Source: Dehalococcoidia bacterium (GTDB lineage: Bacteria; Chloroflexota; Dehalococcoidia; SZUA-161; SpSt-899). Taken from it: a stretch of 64,000 bases of DNA. Shown in pieces: positions 9,810 to 21,434 of the stretch (the first letter of the stretch is position 1; the number at the start of each line of letters is the position of its first letter). The stretch is taken from positions 82,038-146,037 of the forward strand of contig JBLYPS010000001.1 in assembly GCA_048539495.1 (NCBI GenBank), given 5' to 3'. Below the pieces are notes generated by a model, which did no database searches, was not told the DNA's origin, and saw nothing but the letters and a program-made list of their open reading frames with translations. The position numbers and the translations under genes were made by a program.

Positions 9810-12488
9810 ATGAATAGCAACGAGATCAGAGACGCTTTTCTGACGTTTTTCAGGGAAAAGGGGCATACGGTGCTGCCGAGTTCCTCCCTGGTGCCACATG
9901 GTGACCCGACACTGCTGCTGACCAGTGCGGGCGTGGTGCAAATTAAGCCCTATTTTATGGGGGAGGCCACTTCACCCAGCCCCCGCCTGGTGTCGTGCCA
10001 GAAATGCTTCCGCACCACTGACATTGATTCGGTCGGAGACGCCGGGCACCTGACTTTCTTCGAGATGTTGGGCAACTTCAGCGTGGGCGACTACTTCAAG
10101 AAGGAGGCCATCGCCTGGGCATGGGAATTCGTGACCGAACGTTTGCACCTGCCGGAGGAGCGCCTCTGGATAACGGTCTTCCTTGACGACGATGAGGCTT
10201 TTGATTACTGGCTCGATATCGGGGTACCTGGAGGGCGGATTGCTCGCTGCGGCGAGGAGGATAACTTCTGGGGACCTCCTGGAGACAGCGGTCCCTGCGG
10301 GCCGTGCAGTGAGATTCTGTATGACTTCGGTATTGGTTGTGGCGAGCCGGACTGCGGCCCCGCCTGCGGCTGCGGCCGCTTTTCTGAAATCTGGAATCTG
10401 GTCTTCACCCAGTACTACCAGGATGAACGGGGGAATCGCACCCCGCTGCCCAGGCCGAACATTGATACCGGCATGGGACTGGAGCGCACCGCAGCTATAA
10501 TGCAGGGCAAGAAGTCCGTTTATGAAACCGATCTGTTCAATCCCATCATGGATCGCATTTCCGCGATAACCGGACACAAACTGGAGTCGGGAGTCGGGAG
10601 TCGGGAGTCGGGAGTCCCCCTCCCATATAACGAAAGTGAGACCGTCGAGAGGGCGATGAGAGTCGTTGCCGAGCACGGGCGGGCAATTGCCTTTCTAATC
10701 GCCGACGGAGTAATCCCCTCCAACGAGGGCCGGGGCTATGTGCTGCGGCGGGTATTGCGGCGGGCGGTTCTCTTTGGCAAGAAGCTGGGATTCGATGAGC
10801 CTTTCCTCAGCGAGATAGCAAAGGTGGTCATCGAGCAAATGGGATGGCTTTACCCCGAACTTGCCACCAGCAAGGACTACATCATCAATACTATTGACCT
10901 GGAGGAAAGCAGATTCGATCAGACCTTGAATACCGGGATGAGATTGCTGGACGAAATAATGGCCCAAACTAAAGCGAGTGGCCTGGCGATACTTCCTGGC
11001 GAGCAGGCTTTCCGGCTTTACGATACTTACGGGTTCCCCAGGGAGATTACCTCCGCAATTGCTGCTGAGCATGGCCTATCCATGGACCTGGAAGGCTTTG
11101 GGCGAGAGATGGAGCGCCAGCGAGAGAGGGCGCGGGCAGCTCAGAAATTCGGGGGGGATATCAGCCAAAGTGAAGAATCGGCAGTCGTAGTGCGCTATCC
11201 ACCGGTTCGGTTTGTGGGTTACGACAAGCTAAGTCATGCGTCGAAGATCGCAGTGCTCCTGGTGGGTGGGCAGCAAGTGGAGGCTGCTTCTCAGGGGCAG
11301 GAGATCGAGGTAACGCTGTATGAAACCCCCTTTTATGGGGAGATGGGGGGGCAGGTAGGTGACATTGGCGAGGTCAAAGGGCCTCAGGGCAGGGTGATAA
11401 TTATCGGCGCCATAAGGCAAACCGACGACCTGGTGGTGCATCTGGGCAGGGTAGAAGAAGGAAGGGTTAGCGTTGGTGAGGAAGTTGTGGCGAAGGTCGA
11501 TTTTGAGCGTCGACTCGACATCGCTCGCAACCACACCGCCACCCACCTCCTCCAGGCAGCCCTGCGTCAGGTGCTGGGGGATCAAGTCCGCCAGGCAGGC
11601 TCGCTGGTCGCCCCGGACCACTTCAGATTCGATTTCACGCATCTTATCGCCCTGAGCAAAGAGGAGTTAAGAACGGTCCAGGGCATGGTAAATGAAAACA
11701 TCCGCCGGGATCTCCTGGTCTCCAGCCGAGTCTGCCCCTACAGTGATGCGATGACCGAAGGCGCACTGGCCTTCTTTGGGGAAAAATATGGGGATGAGGT
11801 TCGGATGCTGGAGATCAAAACCCCCGATTCTTCGGCGACGGTGAGCGCTGAGCTCTGCGGCGGTACCCATGTGCAAAGCACCGGAGAAATTGGACTTTTC
11901 CATATTACCAGTGAGAGGAGCATTGGTTCCGGGATGAGGCGCATCGAGGGGGTGACGGGAAGGGGGGCGGAAGCCCTCATTGCGGAGCGTTTTGCTGCGC
12001 TGGATGTGATCGCAGGCCAGCTTGAGGCGAGTCCCTCAGAGGCCGGGGAGAAGCTGGTGGCGCTTATCGCCGAGTTCAACGCCGAGCGCAAGCGAGCCAG
12101 AGGGTTAGAGAGCCAGCTTCTGCGTAGGACGGCCGAATCCCTTCTTCGTGAGGTCAGGCAGATAGACGGCATTAATGTCCTGGCAGCCAAGGTCTCCGCC
12201 TCAAACATGGAGCTATTGCGTCAGATGGGAGATTGGCTCAAGGATAAGCTCGGCAGCGCCGTGATTGTCTTAGGGGTGGTTCTGGAAGGAAATCCCCGGT
12301 TTTTGGCGATGGTTACCCCCGATTTAGTCGGCGATGGAATCCACGCCGGAGATATCGTGAAACAGGTGGCCCAGGTGACCGGGGGAGGTGGTGGGGGCAA
12401 AGCTGAAATGGCGCAGGCCGGCGGCAAGGACAGGAACAAGATCGATGAGGCACTGCGATTGGTTCCCAGGTTGATCGCGAAGGGGTAG
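9810..12488 (+). CDS. alaS: alanine--tRNA ligase
   Basis: 892 aa, AlaRS throughout (N-terminal catalytic domain, editing HxxxH/CxxxH region, C-terminal DHHA1 with the GGGGG motif). The ATG at 9810 is preferred over the GTG at 9798. Confidence 0.95.
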   Translation: MNSNEIRDAFLTFFREKGHTVLPSSSLVPHGDPTLLLTSAGVVQIKPYFMGEATSPSPRLVSCQKCFRTTDIDSVGDAGHLTFFEMLGNFSVGDYFKKEAIAWAWEFVTERLHLPEERLWITVFLDDDEAFDYWLDIGVPGGRIARCGEEDNFWGPPGDSGPCGPCSEILYDFGIGCGEPDCGPACGCGRFSEIWNLVFTQYYQDERGNRTPLPRPNIDTGMGLERTAAIMQGKKSVYETDLFNPIMDRISAITGHKLESGVGSRESGVPLPYNESETVERAMRVVAEHGRAIAFLIADGVIPSNEGRGYVLRRVLRRAVLFGKKLGFDEPFLSEIAKVVIEQMGWLYPELATSKDYIINTIDLEESRFDQTLNTGMRLLDEIMAQTKASGLAILPGEQAFRLYDTYGFPREITSAIAAEHGLSMDLEGFGREMERQRERARAAQKFGGDISQSEESAVVVRYPPVRFVGYDKLSHASKIAVLLVGGQQVEAASQGQEIEVTLYETPFYGEMGGQVGDIGEVKGPQGRVIIIGAIRQTDDLVVHLGRVEEGRVSVGEEVVAKVDFERRLDIARNHTATHLLQAALRQVLGDQVRQAGSLVAPDHFRFDFTHLIALSKEELRTVQGMVNENIRRDLLVSSRVCPYSDAMTEGALAFFGEKYGDEVRMLEIKTPDSSATVSAELCGGTHVQSTGEIGLFHITSERSIGSGMRRIEGVTGRGAEALIAERFAALDVIAGQLEASPSEAGEKLVALIAEFNAERKRARGLESQLLRRTAESLLREVRQIDGINVLAAKVSASNMELLRQMGDWLKDKLGSAVIVLGVVLEGNPRFLAMVTPDLVGDGIHAGDIVKQVAQVTGGGGGGKAEMAQAGGKDRNKIDEALRLVPRLIAKG
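10583..10624. repeat. half heptamer element inside alaS: (GAGTCGG)x5 plus a C-rich tail ccccctccc
   Basis: Tandem 7-mers read directly. Translated in frame as LESGVGSRESGVPLPY. No inverse arm follows. Confidence 0.7.
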
Positions 12489-12497
12489 CATGATGAG

Positions 12498-12628
12498 TGA
12501 TCCCGTAGGACGGGCATCTTGCCCGTCAAATGATTAGCAGTGATCCCGTAGGACGGGCATCTTGCCCGTCAAATGATTAGCAGTGATCCCGTAGGACGGG
12601 CATCTTGCCCGTTAATGCCCAATTAGCA
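12498..12628. repeat. three tandem 43-bp units, each carrying a GTAG-headed REP hairpin (GTAGGACGGGCATCTTGCCCGTC)
   Basis: The unit tgatcccgtaggacgggcatcttgcccgtcaaatgattagcag occurs three times; the third copy is slightly diverged. Each has an 8-bp stem with a 3-nt loop. Sits directly upstream of the RAYT gene. Confidence 0.85.
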
Positions 12629-12638
12629 GCAAAGAAAG

Positions 12639-13097
12639 ATGAGCCGACCTAAACACTTACAAACCGAAACTCGTTGCTACTTCGTCACTACAAATACAGA
12701 AGGGCGCAAAGCGTTGTTTGTAAATCACAGGGTAGCCCGGATAGTTATTGACGCCCTTCATTTCCTGCGAAAAGAAAGCAGAATAAGATTGTATGGCTTC
12801 GTGATAATGCCTGATCATTTGCATTTTATCCCCTTCCTTTCGGAGGGTGAAGAACTCCCCAAAGTAATGCATAGCCTGAAGAGTTTTACCGCTAAAGAGA
12901 TAAACAAAAACCTTCGCCGCTCGGGAAAAGTTTGGCAAGATGGGTATCACGGCCACGGAATAAGAGATGAACAAGATATGTTAATTAGGCTTAGATATAT
13001 GATTGAGAACCCCGTGCGGAAAGGGATTGTGGAGTGTCCAGAGGAATATAAGTTGAGTTCTGCTCATGAAAGCTGGGCGGTAGATTCATTATGGTAG
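12639..13097 (+). CDS. REP-associated tyrosine transposase (RAYT, IS200-like Y1 HUH family)
   Basis: 152 aa with the HUH motif MPDHLHFI and the catalytic-Tyr region WQDGYHGHGIRDE. Flanked on both sides by REP-type hairpins. Confidence 0.8.
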   Translation: MSRPKHLQTETRCYFVTTNTEGRKALFVNHRVARIVIDALHFLRKESRIRLYGFVIMPDHLHFIPFLSEGEELPKVMHSLKSFTAKEINKNLRRSGKVWQDGYHGHGIRDEQDMLIRLRYMIENPVRKGIVECPEEYKLSSAHESWAVDSLW

Positions 13098-13119
13098 GAT
13101 ACGATTCCTGCCCATTCAT

Positions 13120-13138
13120 GTCGGGCGAGACGCCCGAC
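13120..13138. repeat. REP-like palindrome GTCGGGCGAGACGCCCGAC downstream of the RAYT
   Basis: Perfect 8-bp stem with a 3-nt loop, a variant of the GACGGGCAAGATGCCCGTC REP. Confidence 0.6.
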
Positions 13139-13156
13139 CCACGTTGAAGGTAAGGT

Positions 13157-13576
13157 ATGCGCTTTCTAGGACTCGATGTAGGCGACAAGCGAATCGGCGT
13201 GGCGATGAGCGATCCCCTGGGTATCCTGGCAAGCGCCTTAACGCTGATCGAAGGAAAAAGCGACAGCGCTGCCCTTGAGGCCATACTCGATCTGGTAGAG
13301 AAAAATGAGGTGGGCTGCGTCGTCGTAGGATTGCCCCGCTCGATGGACGGCAGCGTTGGGAAGCAGGCAGCCAGGGTCGATGCGTTTGTGAAGGAACTCT
13401 CTAAGCTGACTGATGTACCGATAAAGATGTGGGATGAGAGACTCTCAACGATAGCTGCCGACAGGCTGCTGCGTGATGCCGGGAGAGATCGGCACCAGAT
13501 CAAAAACAGAAGGGATGCTGTTGCCGCCGCCGTCATACTGCAGGGGTATCTCGACAGGCACACGTGTGATTTGTGA
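13157..13576 (+). CDS. ruvX: Holliday junction resolvase-like RuvX/YqgF
   Basis: MRFLGLDVGDKRIGVAMSD...VVVGLP. YqgF family, 139 aa. Confidence 0.9.
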   Translation: MRFLGLDVGDKRIGVAMSDPLGILASALTLIEGKSDSAALEAILDLVEKNEVGCVVVGLPRSMDGSVGKQAARVDAFVKELSKLTDVPIKMWDERLSTIAADRLLRDAGRDRHQIKNRRDAVAAAVILQGYLDRHTCDL

Positions 13577-13645
13577 TGTGTGACATGTGAGGTAGTTAGA
13601 CTGAAGACTACCTTCAGCCTTCGGCCTAATAACTGAACGCTTACC

Positions 13646-14479
13646 ATGACACAGACGATTGGGCTAATAGGTTATCCTCTGGGACACTCGATCTCGCCAG
13701 CGTTTCAACAGGCGGCCTTCGACCATCTAGGACTCGATATCCGCTATGAGCTCTGGGAGACTGAGACTGATAATCTGGGCGAAGCGGTGCAGAATATTCG
13801 CTCTCCCTACAAGCTGGGCGCTAATATCACTGTGCCCTACAAGGAGCAGGCACTGTCACTCCTGGACGAGATCGAGGAACTTGCCTCAGACATTGGAGCG
13901 GTCAACACTATTGCTAAAAGAGATGTCTGTCTGGTAGGATATAATACCGATGCTGGGGGTTTCCTGAGAGCACTGGAGGAGGAAGGCAGGTTCGATCCCA
14001 AAGGCAAGAAGGTAGCCATTCTCGGCGCCGGTGGTGTGGCAAGGGCGATCGGCTTTGTTCTGGTGAGATCCGGCGTTAGATCACTTACTCTCTTTGACAT
14101 TGACATCGAACGAGCGGAGAAGCTCGCTGCGGAATTGAAGGCTATGATTCTCAGTTCTGACCGGGATAGCCGGTTTGAAGAGGCGGTTTCCTCCGCCGAT
14201 CTGCTGGTAAACTGCACGCCGGTGGGGATGAAGCACAGCGCTTCCGAAGGGCAATCGCCCCTGGCTAAAGAGCTTATATCCCCGAAATCACTGGTCTACG
14301 ATGTGGTGTATAATCCCATCAAGACGCCGTTGCTCCAAATCGCGGAGGAGGTGGGGGCGCGTACCATTGGGGGGCTTTCGATGCTGGTCTATCAGGGGGC
14401 AGCCGCTTTTGAGCTATGGACCGGCCGGAAGGCGCCAGTCGAGGTAATGTTGCAGCGGGCGAGGAATGCCCTCTATTGA
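13646..14479 (+). CDS. aroE: shikimate dehydrogenase
   Basis: IGYPLGHSISP, NVTVPYK and ILGAGGVARAI motifs. 277 aa. Confidence 0.9.
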   Translation: MTQTIGLIGYPLGHSISPAFQQAAFDHLGLDIRYELWETETDNLGEAVQNIRSPYKLGANITVPYKEQALSLLDEIEELASDIGAVNTIAKRDVCLVGYNTDAGGFLRALEEEGRFDPKGKKVAILGAGGVARAIGFVLVRSGVRSLTLFDIDIERAEKLAAELKAMILSSDRDSRFEEAVSSADLLVNCTPVGMKHSASEGQSPLAKELISPKSLVYDVVYNPIKTPLLQIAEEVGARTIGGLSMLVYQGAAAFELWTGRKAPVEVMLQRARNALY

Positions 14480-15701
14480 GATGAACATGAATCTGGATTG
14501 GGATTGGTTTCTGGCACAGGGCATCTGGATTGCAGTACCCATCGTCGTAGCGGCCCTGGTTTACGGGGCATTGCGGCGATGGGCGCCGAGATGGATAACG
14601 GGGCTGATCGCCAGGATCACGCCGGCAGGGGAGGATTGGAGCAGGGCATCACGTATCCTGAACCAGGTTGTCCTGTGGGCTGGCACCGTGGTGATCGTTG
14701 GCGCTATGGTGCTGGTGGTCCTGCCGCGCCTTGGGGTGAACATCGCCTGGGCTATCAACGCCCTCAAGGATGCTGGTGTTGCTGTTCTGGTCTGGTTGAT
14801 CGAACCTGGGGTTCCGGTGGCAGTTATTCTGGCATTGGCATTCGCTCTTCAGCGGATTGTGAGGGGAATGATTCCCTGGATTGTCCATAGAAGCGTTAAC
14901 AGCAGGGAAAAGGAGCGATTAGCTGAGCATGTAGAGCGAAGGGCAGAGACACTGAGCAATTTCCTGGTGGGCGTAGCGGGGGTTGTTATCTGGGCAGTGG
15001 CGGTTTTCATGATCCTCTCCGAGTTCGGCATACAGATTGCCCCGATTATCGTCGGCGCGGGCTTCGTTGGTATTGCCATCGCCTTTGGTGCTCAGAGCCT
15101 GATTCGAGACATCTTAAGCGGCCTTTTCATCATTCTCGAGGATGACTATTACAAAGGAGACACGGTGCAGATCGCCGGTATAGTTGGCGAGGTAGAGTAC
15201 GTGGGTTTGAGAATAACCAGGCTGAGGGACAGTGACGGCACCTGCCATGTCGTTCCCAATGGTGAAGTTAGGATTGCCAGTAACCTCAGCAGGGATTGGG
15301 CCCGGGTGGATATGAATATCTCGGTGGGATACGGTGAGGATCTGGACCGTGTTATCGAGGTTGTAAATAGGGTGGGCCGGGAGATGATAGAGGAAACGTA
15401 CTGGAGAGAGCTTATCATCGAGACTCCCCAGGTTCTCCGGGTGGACAATCTCGGGAATTCCGGGGTTGACATCAAGATACAAGGCAAGACGAGGCCACTG
15501 AAGAAGTCGGAGGTGATGGGGGAGCTACGAAAAAGGATCAAGAAGACCTTTGATGAGGAGGGAATCGAGATTCCCTGGCCTCACATCAAACTATATCTTG
15601 GGGAAAGTCCTAACACTGATGTGCTGTCCAAACTGGAGGCTCAACTATCGGCCGGGTCAAAGATAAAGAAAAGAGGGGGGTCGAACCCAGACGGGGATTG
15701 A
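14466..15701 (+). CDS. mechanosensitive ion channel, MscS family
   Basis: N-terminal TM helices followed by the MscS core IAPIIVGAGFVGIAIAFGAQSLIRDILSGLFIILED...GDTVQI. Confidence 0.85.
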   Translation: MPSIEMNMNLDWDWFLAQGIWIAVPIVVAALVYGALRRWAPRWITGLIARITPAGEDWSRASRILNQVVLWAGTVVIVGAMVLVVLPRLGVNIAWAINALKDAGVAVLVWLIEPGVPVAVILALAFALQRIVRGMIPWIVHRSVNSREKERLAEHVERRAETLSNFLVGVAGVVIWAVAVFMILSEFGIQIAPIIVGAGFVGIAIAFGAQSLIRDILSGLFIILEDDYYKGDTVQIAGIVGEVEYVGLRITRLRDSDGTCHVVPNGEVRIASNLSRDWARVDMNISVGYGEDLDRVIEVVNRVGREMIEETYWRELIIETPQVLRVDNLGNSGVDIKIQGKTRPLKKSEVMGELRKRIKKTFDEEGIEIPWPHIKLYLGESPNTDVLSKLEAQLSAGSKIKKRGGSNPDGD

Positions 15702-15704
15702 AAG

Positions 15705-16949
15705 ATGTTTCGTTTCTTGACCGCCGGAGAATCTCACGGAAAGGGACTCGTTGTGGTCGTGGAAGGGCTTCCGGCGGGAATTCCCCTAGGTGAGGCTGAT
15801 ATTGCGCGTGACCTGAAGAGGCGTCAGGGAGGCTATGGGCGCGGCGCCCGGATGCAGATCGAGCAGGATCATGCCGAGATTCTCTCCGGCGTTAGACATG
15901 GGCTGACCATCGGCAGCCCCATTTCGCTGCTTATTCGGAATCGGGACTGGCAGAACTGGCAAGAGGTCATGAGCGTTGCGCCGGTCGAAGGATACATAGT
16001 CGGGCTCGCCCCTGAGCCCGAGGGAATGATTCAGCCGATTACCCGGCTCCGCCCCGGACACGCTGATCTTCCCGGAGTTACTAAATACAACCTCGATGAT
16101 ATACGCCCCATCCTCGAACGAGCTAGCGCCCGCGAGACCGCAGCCAGGGTAGCTGTGGGTGCGGTGGCGAGAAAGTTTCTTCAGGAATTCGATATCGAGA
16201 TTCGCAGCCATGTCCTTGCTATCGGCGGATGCCGGGCTAAGCCCGGTGGCTCAATCGATTGGGAGAAAGTCGAAGACTCTCCGGTGCGTTGCGCCGACGC
16301 TGTGGCCGAGAGGCAGATGATTGCCGCCATTGATGCCGCCAGGGAAGCTGGTGACAGCGTTGGAGGGCTTTTTGAGGTGATCGGGATGGGAGTGCCTATC
16401 GGACTGGGTACTCATATCCAGTGGGACCGCCGACTAGATGGCCGGATCGCTCAGGCAATGATGAGCATACCTGCGGTAAAGGGAGTCGAGATCGGGGCCG
16501 GCTTTGCCCTGGCTGACCTGAGAGGCTCGGAGGCTCAAGATGTGATTGAGCCAGGGCTTAGACGCCCCACCAATCGGGCAGGGGGGGTCGAGGGAGGGAT
16601 GACCAATGGCGAGCCCCTGGTAGTTCGAGCGGCGGTCAAGCCCATTGCCACCATCGCTAGGCCTCTTGCCTCGGTAGATCTGCGAACCGGGGAGAAAGTC
16701 TCAGCTCATTTCGAGCGTGCCGACACCTGCATCGTCCCCGCTGCGGGGGTTATCGGCGAGGCGATGCTGGCCATTGTTCTGGCGGAAGCGTTCCTGGAGA
16801 AATTCGGAGGAGACCACATCGAAGAGACGATCAGAAATTACCGGGGATACGTGGAGTCGGCGAGTATTGACTCTCGAGCATTGACTTCTGAGGAGTATAG
16901 AGGGGGGAGACCTCTAAACTCTAAACTCAGAACTCTAAACTCTCATTGA
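15705..16949 (+). CDS. aroC: chorismate synthase, with a C-terminal tail encoded by a heptamer repeat
   Basis: MFRFLTAGESHGKGL..RRQGGYGRG..., AroC throughout. The last ~14 codons overlap the ctaaact tandem 7-mers at 16908..16947. Confidence 0.9.
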   Translation: MFRFLTAGESHGKGLVVVVEGLPAGIPLGEADIARDLKRRQGGYGRGARMQIEQDHAEILSGVRHGLTIGSPISLLIRNRDWQNWQEVMSVAPVEGYIVGLAPEPEGMIQPITRLRPGHADLPGVTKYNLDDIRPILERASARETAARVAVGAVARKFLQEFDIEIRSHVLAIGGCRAKPGGSIDWEKVEDSPVRCADAVAERQMIAAIDAAREAGDSVGGLFEVIGMGVPIGLGTHIQWDRRLDGRIAQAMMSIPAVKGVEIGAGFALADLRGSEAQDVIEPGLRRPTNRAGGVEGGMTNGEPLVVRAAVKPIATIARPLASVDLRTGEKVSAHFERADTCIVPAAGVIGEAMLAIVLAEAFLEKFGGDHIEETIRNYRGYVESASIDSRALTSEEYRGGRPLNSKLRTLNSH

Positions 16950-16997
16950 CGTGTGGCACGTCAGCCGTTAGAATAGCTTGTGGGAATATCGAATCAT

Positions 16998-17074
16998 GGT
17001 GAGTGTGGCCAAGTGGTTAAGGCGCCAGGTTGTGGCCCTGGAGATCGAGGGTTCGAATCCCTTCACTCACCCCA
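16998..17074 (+). tRNA. tRNA-His (anticodon GTG) with G-1 and encoded CCA
   Basis: gGTGAGTG...ccaggTTGTGGCcctgg...gagggTTCGAATccctt CACTCAC c CCA. The 7-bp acceptor stem is preceded by an extra 5' G that pairs with C73, which is His-specific. Confidence 0.85.
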
Positions 17075-17186
17075 TCCAAATATCCCCCTGGGCCATCAGC
17101 TATATACCACCATACCGTCTCCGCTAGTTGGGGATGTTGTCATCCCCAACCATGCTACCATACCTGGATCAACTGCGTAACTCGTA

Positions 17187-18083
17187 CTACATTTCTTCTT
17201 TCAGTTTTTTCTCCACCACGCAGTAAATACCTTCTCCATCCATGAGCGGGCCCCGACACCTGCTATCGGATAAACACATGGACTTGCGTCGGTCTCCGGA
17301 CTTCCAGCGGTTGATCAGATCCGGCTCTCGAATAAAAGGCCTGCTCATGGAAATGTAGTCTGCATAACCTTCTGCTATGAGCTGTTCAGCCAAGTGGAAT
17401 GAGCGGATCCCTCCCACCAGGATCAGTGGTAGATGGAGTTTCTCTTTAAATGACTTGGCCGCATCCCGAAAGTAGGCCTCCTTTTCTTCGGAAAGAATCC
17501 CTGTTATCGAGGGGCTGAGATTCCCGGACACGAGGGTCCCCCCGCTCAACTCAATTGCGTCGGCCCCTCCTTCCTGGAGCATAGCCCCCACCTGAAGCGA
17601 GTCTTCTAAGGTAAGTCCACCATCCACGAAATCCTGGGAGTTTATCTTAACGAGAACAGGGAAGTCACGAGTCACAGCGGCGCGGATTTGGCGTACCACT
17701 TCCAGGATGATCCTGGCCCGGTTCTCTATGGACCCTCCGTACAGATCCCTGCGCTTGTTGAAAGCTGGAGAGAGAAATTGGCTCAACAGGTATCCATGGG
17801 CCGCGTGGATCTGTACCCCATCGAAACCAGCCCTTTTAGCCCGATCAGCGGCCTGGCCGAAGGCGCGCGCAATCTGTTCGATGTCCTCCACGGTCATCGC
17901 CTTACGTGGGGATTTAGCGAAGCCCTCCACCGGCGAGGGCGCCATGGGTGTCTTACCGGTTAACTTGGCGTTGGCGAAGTAACCCGCATGGGAGATCTGA
18001 AGAACAATGCGGCTCCCATGGTCGTGAACCGACCGGACCATCTCCTTAAATCCTTCCAGGAGTTCATCTTCATAGATCCCCAA
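17187..18083 (-). pseudogene. NADH:flavin oxidoreductase (Old Yellow Enzyme family), N-terminally truncated/frameshifted
   Basis: Similarity begins at about OYE residue 70 (GIYEDELLEGFKEMVRSVHDHGSRIVLQISHAGY). The only start in frame is a TTG, and an in-frame stop lies 9 codons upstream. A neighbouring frame continues as ...RPDHGSW. Confidence 0.5.
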
Positions 18084-18266
18084 CTGCCGTGGTCCGGCCT
18101 GTCCATCAGGCCAAACATAGGCAGCATATCAAAGAGCTGACATTTCCCCGATATTTCCCCCGACAGCGTCCTTGGCTTCTTGCTTATAGCATACTTGCTT
18201 CTTGACAGCTCATCAAGGCCGCGCAGTCTATTGACTGATTGCCACTTTCGTGTTAGTCTTTAAAGG

Positions 18267-19406
18267 ATGCCAAAGAGCACAGTTTACTTCATTGGGCCGC
18301 GGACAGGCATGGGGCGAGACATCTTCACCAAGCTAGGGAATCTCCTCGACCGGGCAGGATTCCCCAACTTCATCCAGCAGAATGATTTGGTGGCTCTCAA
18401 GCTGCACTTCGGAGAGCAGGGAACCACCGCCTATATTCACCCGAGCTATGTGGGCTTCATGGTGAGCCAGATCAAAGATAGAAAGGCGCTCCCCCTCCTC
18501 ACCGACACTAATGTGCTCTACCGGAGTGCGCGGGGCAATTCCGTTGACCATTTGCACACTGCTTTTGCACATGGCTTTTTGCCACTGGTCACTGGCGCAC
18601 CGGTGATCATATCGGGGGGACTGAGGGGACAGACCTCGATCGAGGTCGAGATAGGCAAAAAGCATTTCCAAACGGTAAAACTAGCTTCCGAGATCGCGGA
18701 TTTCGATAAGCTAATTTGCCTTACCCATTTCACTGGCCATCTGGCGACCGGCTTCGGTGGGGCGATCAAGAATCTGGGCATGGGGCTGGCCACCAAGTCA
18801 GGCAAGCTGGCGATGCATTCCACCGTTGTTCCACTTATCAAGCGGGAGAAATGCACCGGCTGCGGGGCCTGCCGTAAGCACTGTCCGGCAGATGCCATTA
18901 GGCTTCAAGAGGGGGAAAATGACCAGCGGAAGCTCGCCGTCATTGACCCGGTTGTCTGCCTTGGCTGTGGCGAGTGCATTGCTATCTGCCCCAGCGGAGC
19001 GGTCAATATCCAGTGGAACGAATCGGCCCAGAACCTTCAGGAGAAGATCTGCGAACATGCCTATGGGGTGGTAAAAAAGAAACGGCCGGTATTTTTCCTC
19101 ACTTTCCTGATGAACATCACCCCGGGATGTGACTGCCTGGCTTTTACCGATGCCCACATAGTGCCGGACATCGGAATTCTGGCCTCTTACGACGCGGTGG
19201 CTATCGATCAGGCATCGGTCGATCTGGTGAACCAGCAGCAGGGCCTTCACGCGACCAGGCTCAAAACAAACCTGGGGCGGGGGGAGGATAAGCTCCGGGC
19301 ACTGTATCCCAACGTAGATTGGACGGTGCAACTGCGATATGGGGAGGAGATAGGGCTGGGCTCGCGGGATTATGATCTCGTATGCGTAGATGAGAGCACC
19401 CCGTGA
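18267..19406 (+). CDS. DUF362 domain protein with 2x[4Fe-4S] ferredoxin insert
   Basis: CTGCGACRKHCP and CLGCGECIAICP cluster motifs within a DUF362-like fold. Confidence 0.7.
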   Translation: MPKSTVYFIGPRTGMGRDIFTKLGNLLDRAGFPNFIQQNDLVALKLHFGEQGTTAYIHPSYVGFMVSQIKDRKALPLLTDTNVLYRSARGNSVDHLHTAFAHGFLPLVTGAPVIISGGLRGQTSIEVEIGKKHFQTVKLASEIADFDKLICLTHFTGHLATGFGGAIKNLGMGLATKSGKLAMHSTVVPLIKREKCTGCGACRKHCPADAIRLQEGENDQRKLAVIDPVVCLGCGECIAICPSGAVNIQWNESAQNLQEKICEHAYGVVKKKRPVFFLTFLMNITPGCDCLAFTDAHIVPDIGILASYDAVAIDQASVDLVNQQQGLHATRLKTNLGRGEDKLRALYPNVDWTVQLRYGEEIGLGSRDYDLVCVDESTP

Positions 19407-19428
19407 GAGGAGGAGGATTTGACTGCCC

Positions 19429-21399
<1,971 letters not shown>

Positions 21400-21434
21400 T
21401 CCCTGGCTCCATGTTTCGCGCTGCTGCACTCATT

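Noticed and set aside
9972-10676. 234-aa minus-strand ORF inside alaS
   Set aside because: Antisense shadow ORF spanning the heptamer repeat. alaS is unambiguous on the plus strand.
12498-12628. Possible CRISPR array (three direct 43-bp repeats)
   Set aside because: The units abut without spacers, there are only three copies, and each is a GTAG-headed REP hairpin next to a RAYT gene. This is a REP tandem, not CRISPR.
12991-13647. 218-aa minus-strand ORF overlapping RAYT end and ruvX
   Set aside because: Antisense to ruvX, Ser/Thr-rich low complexity.
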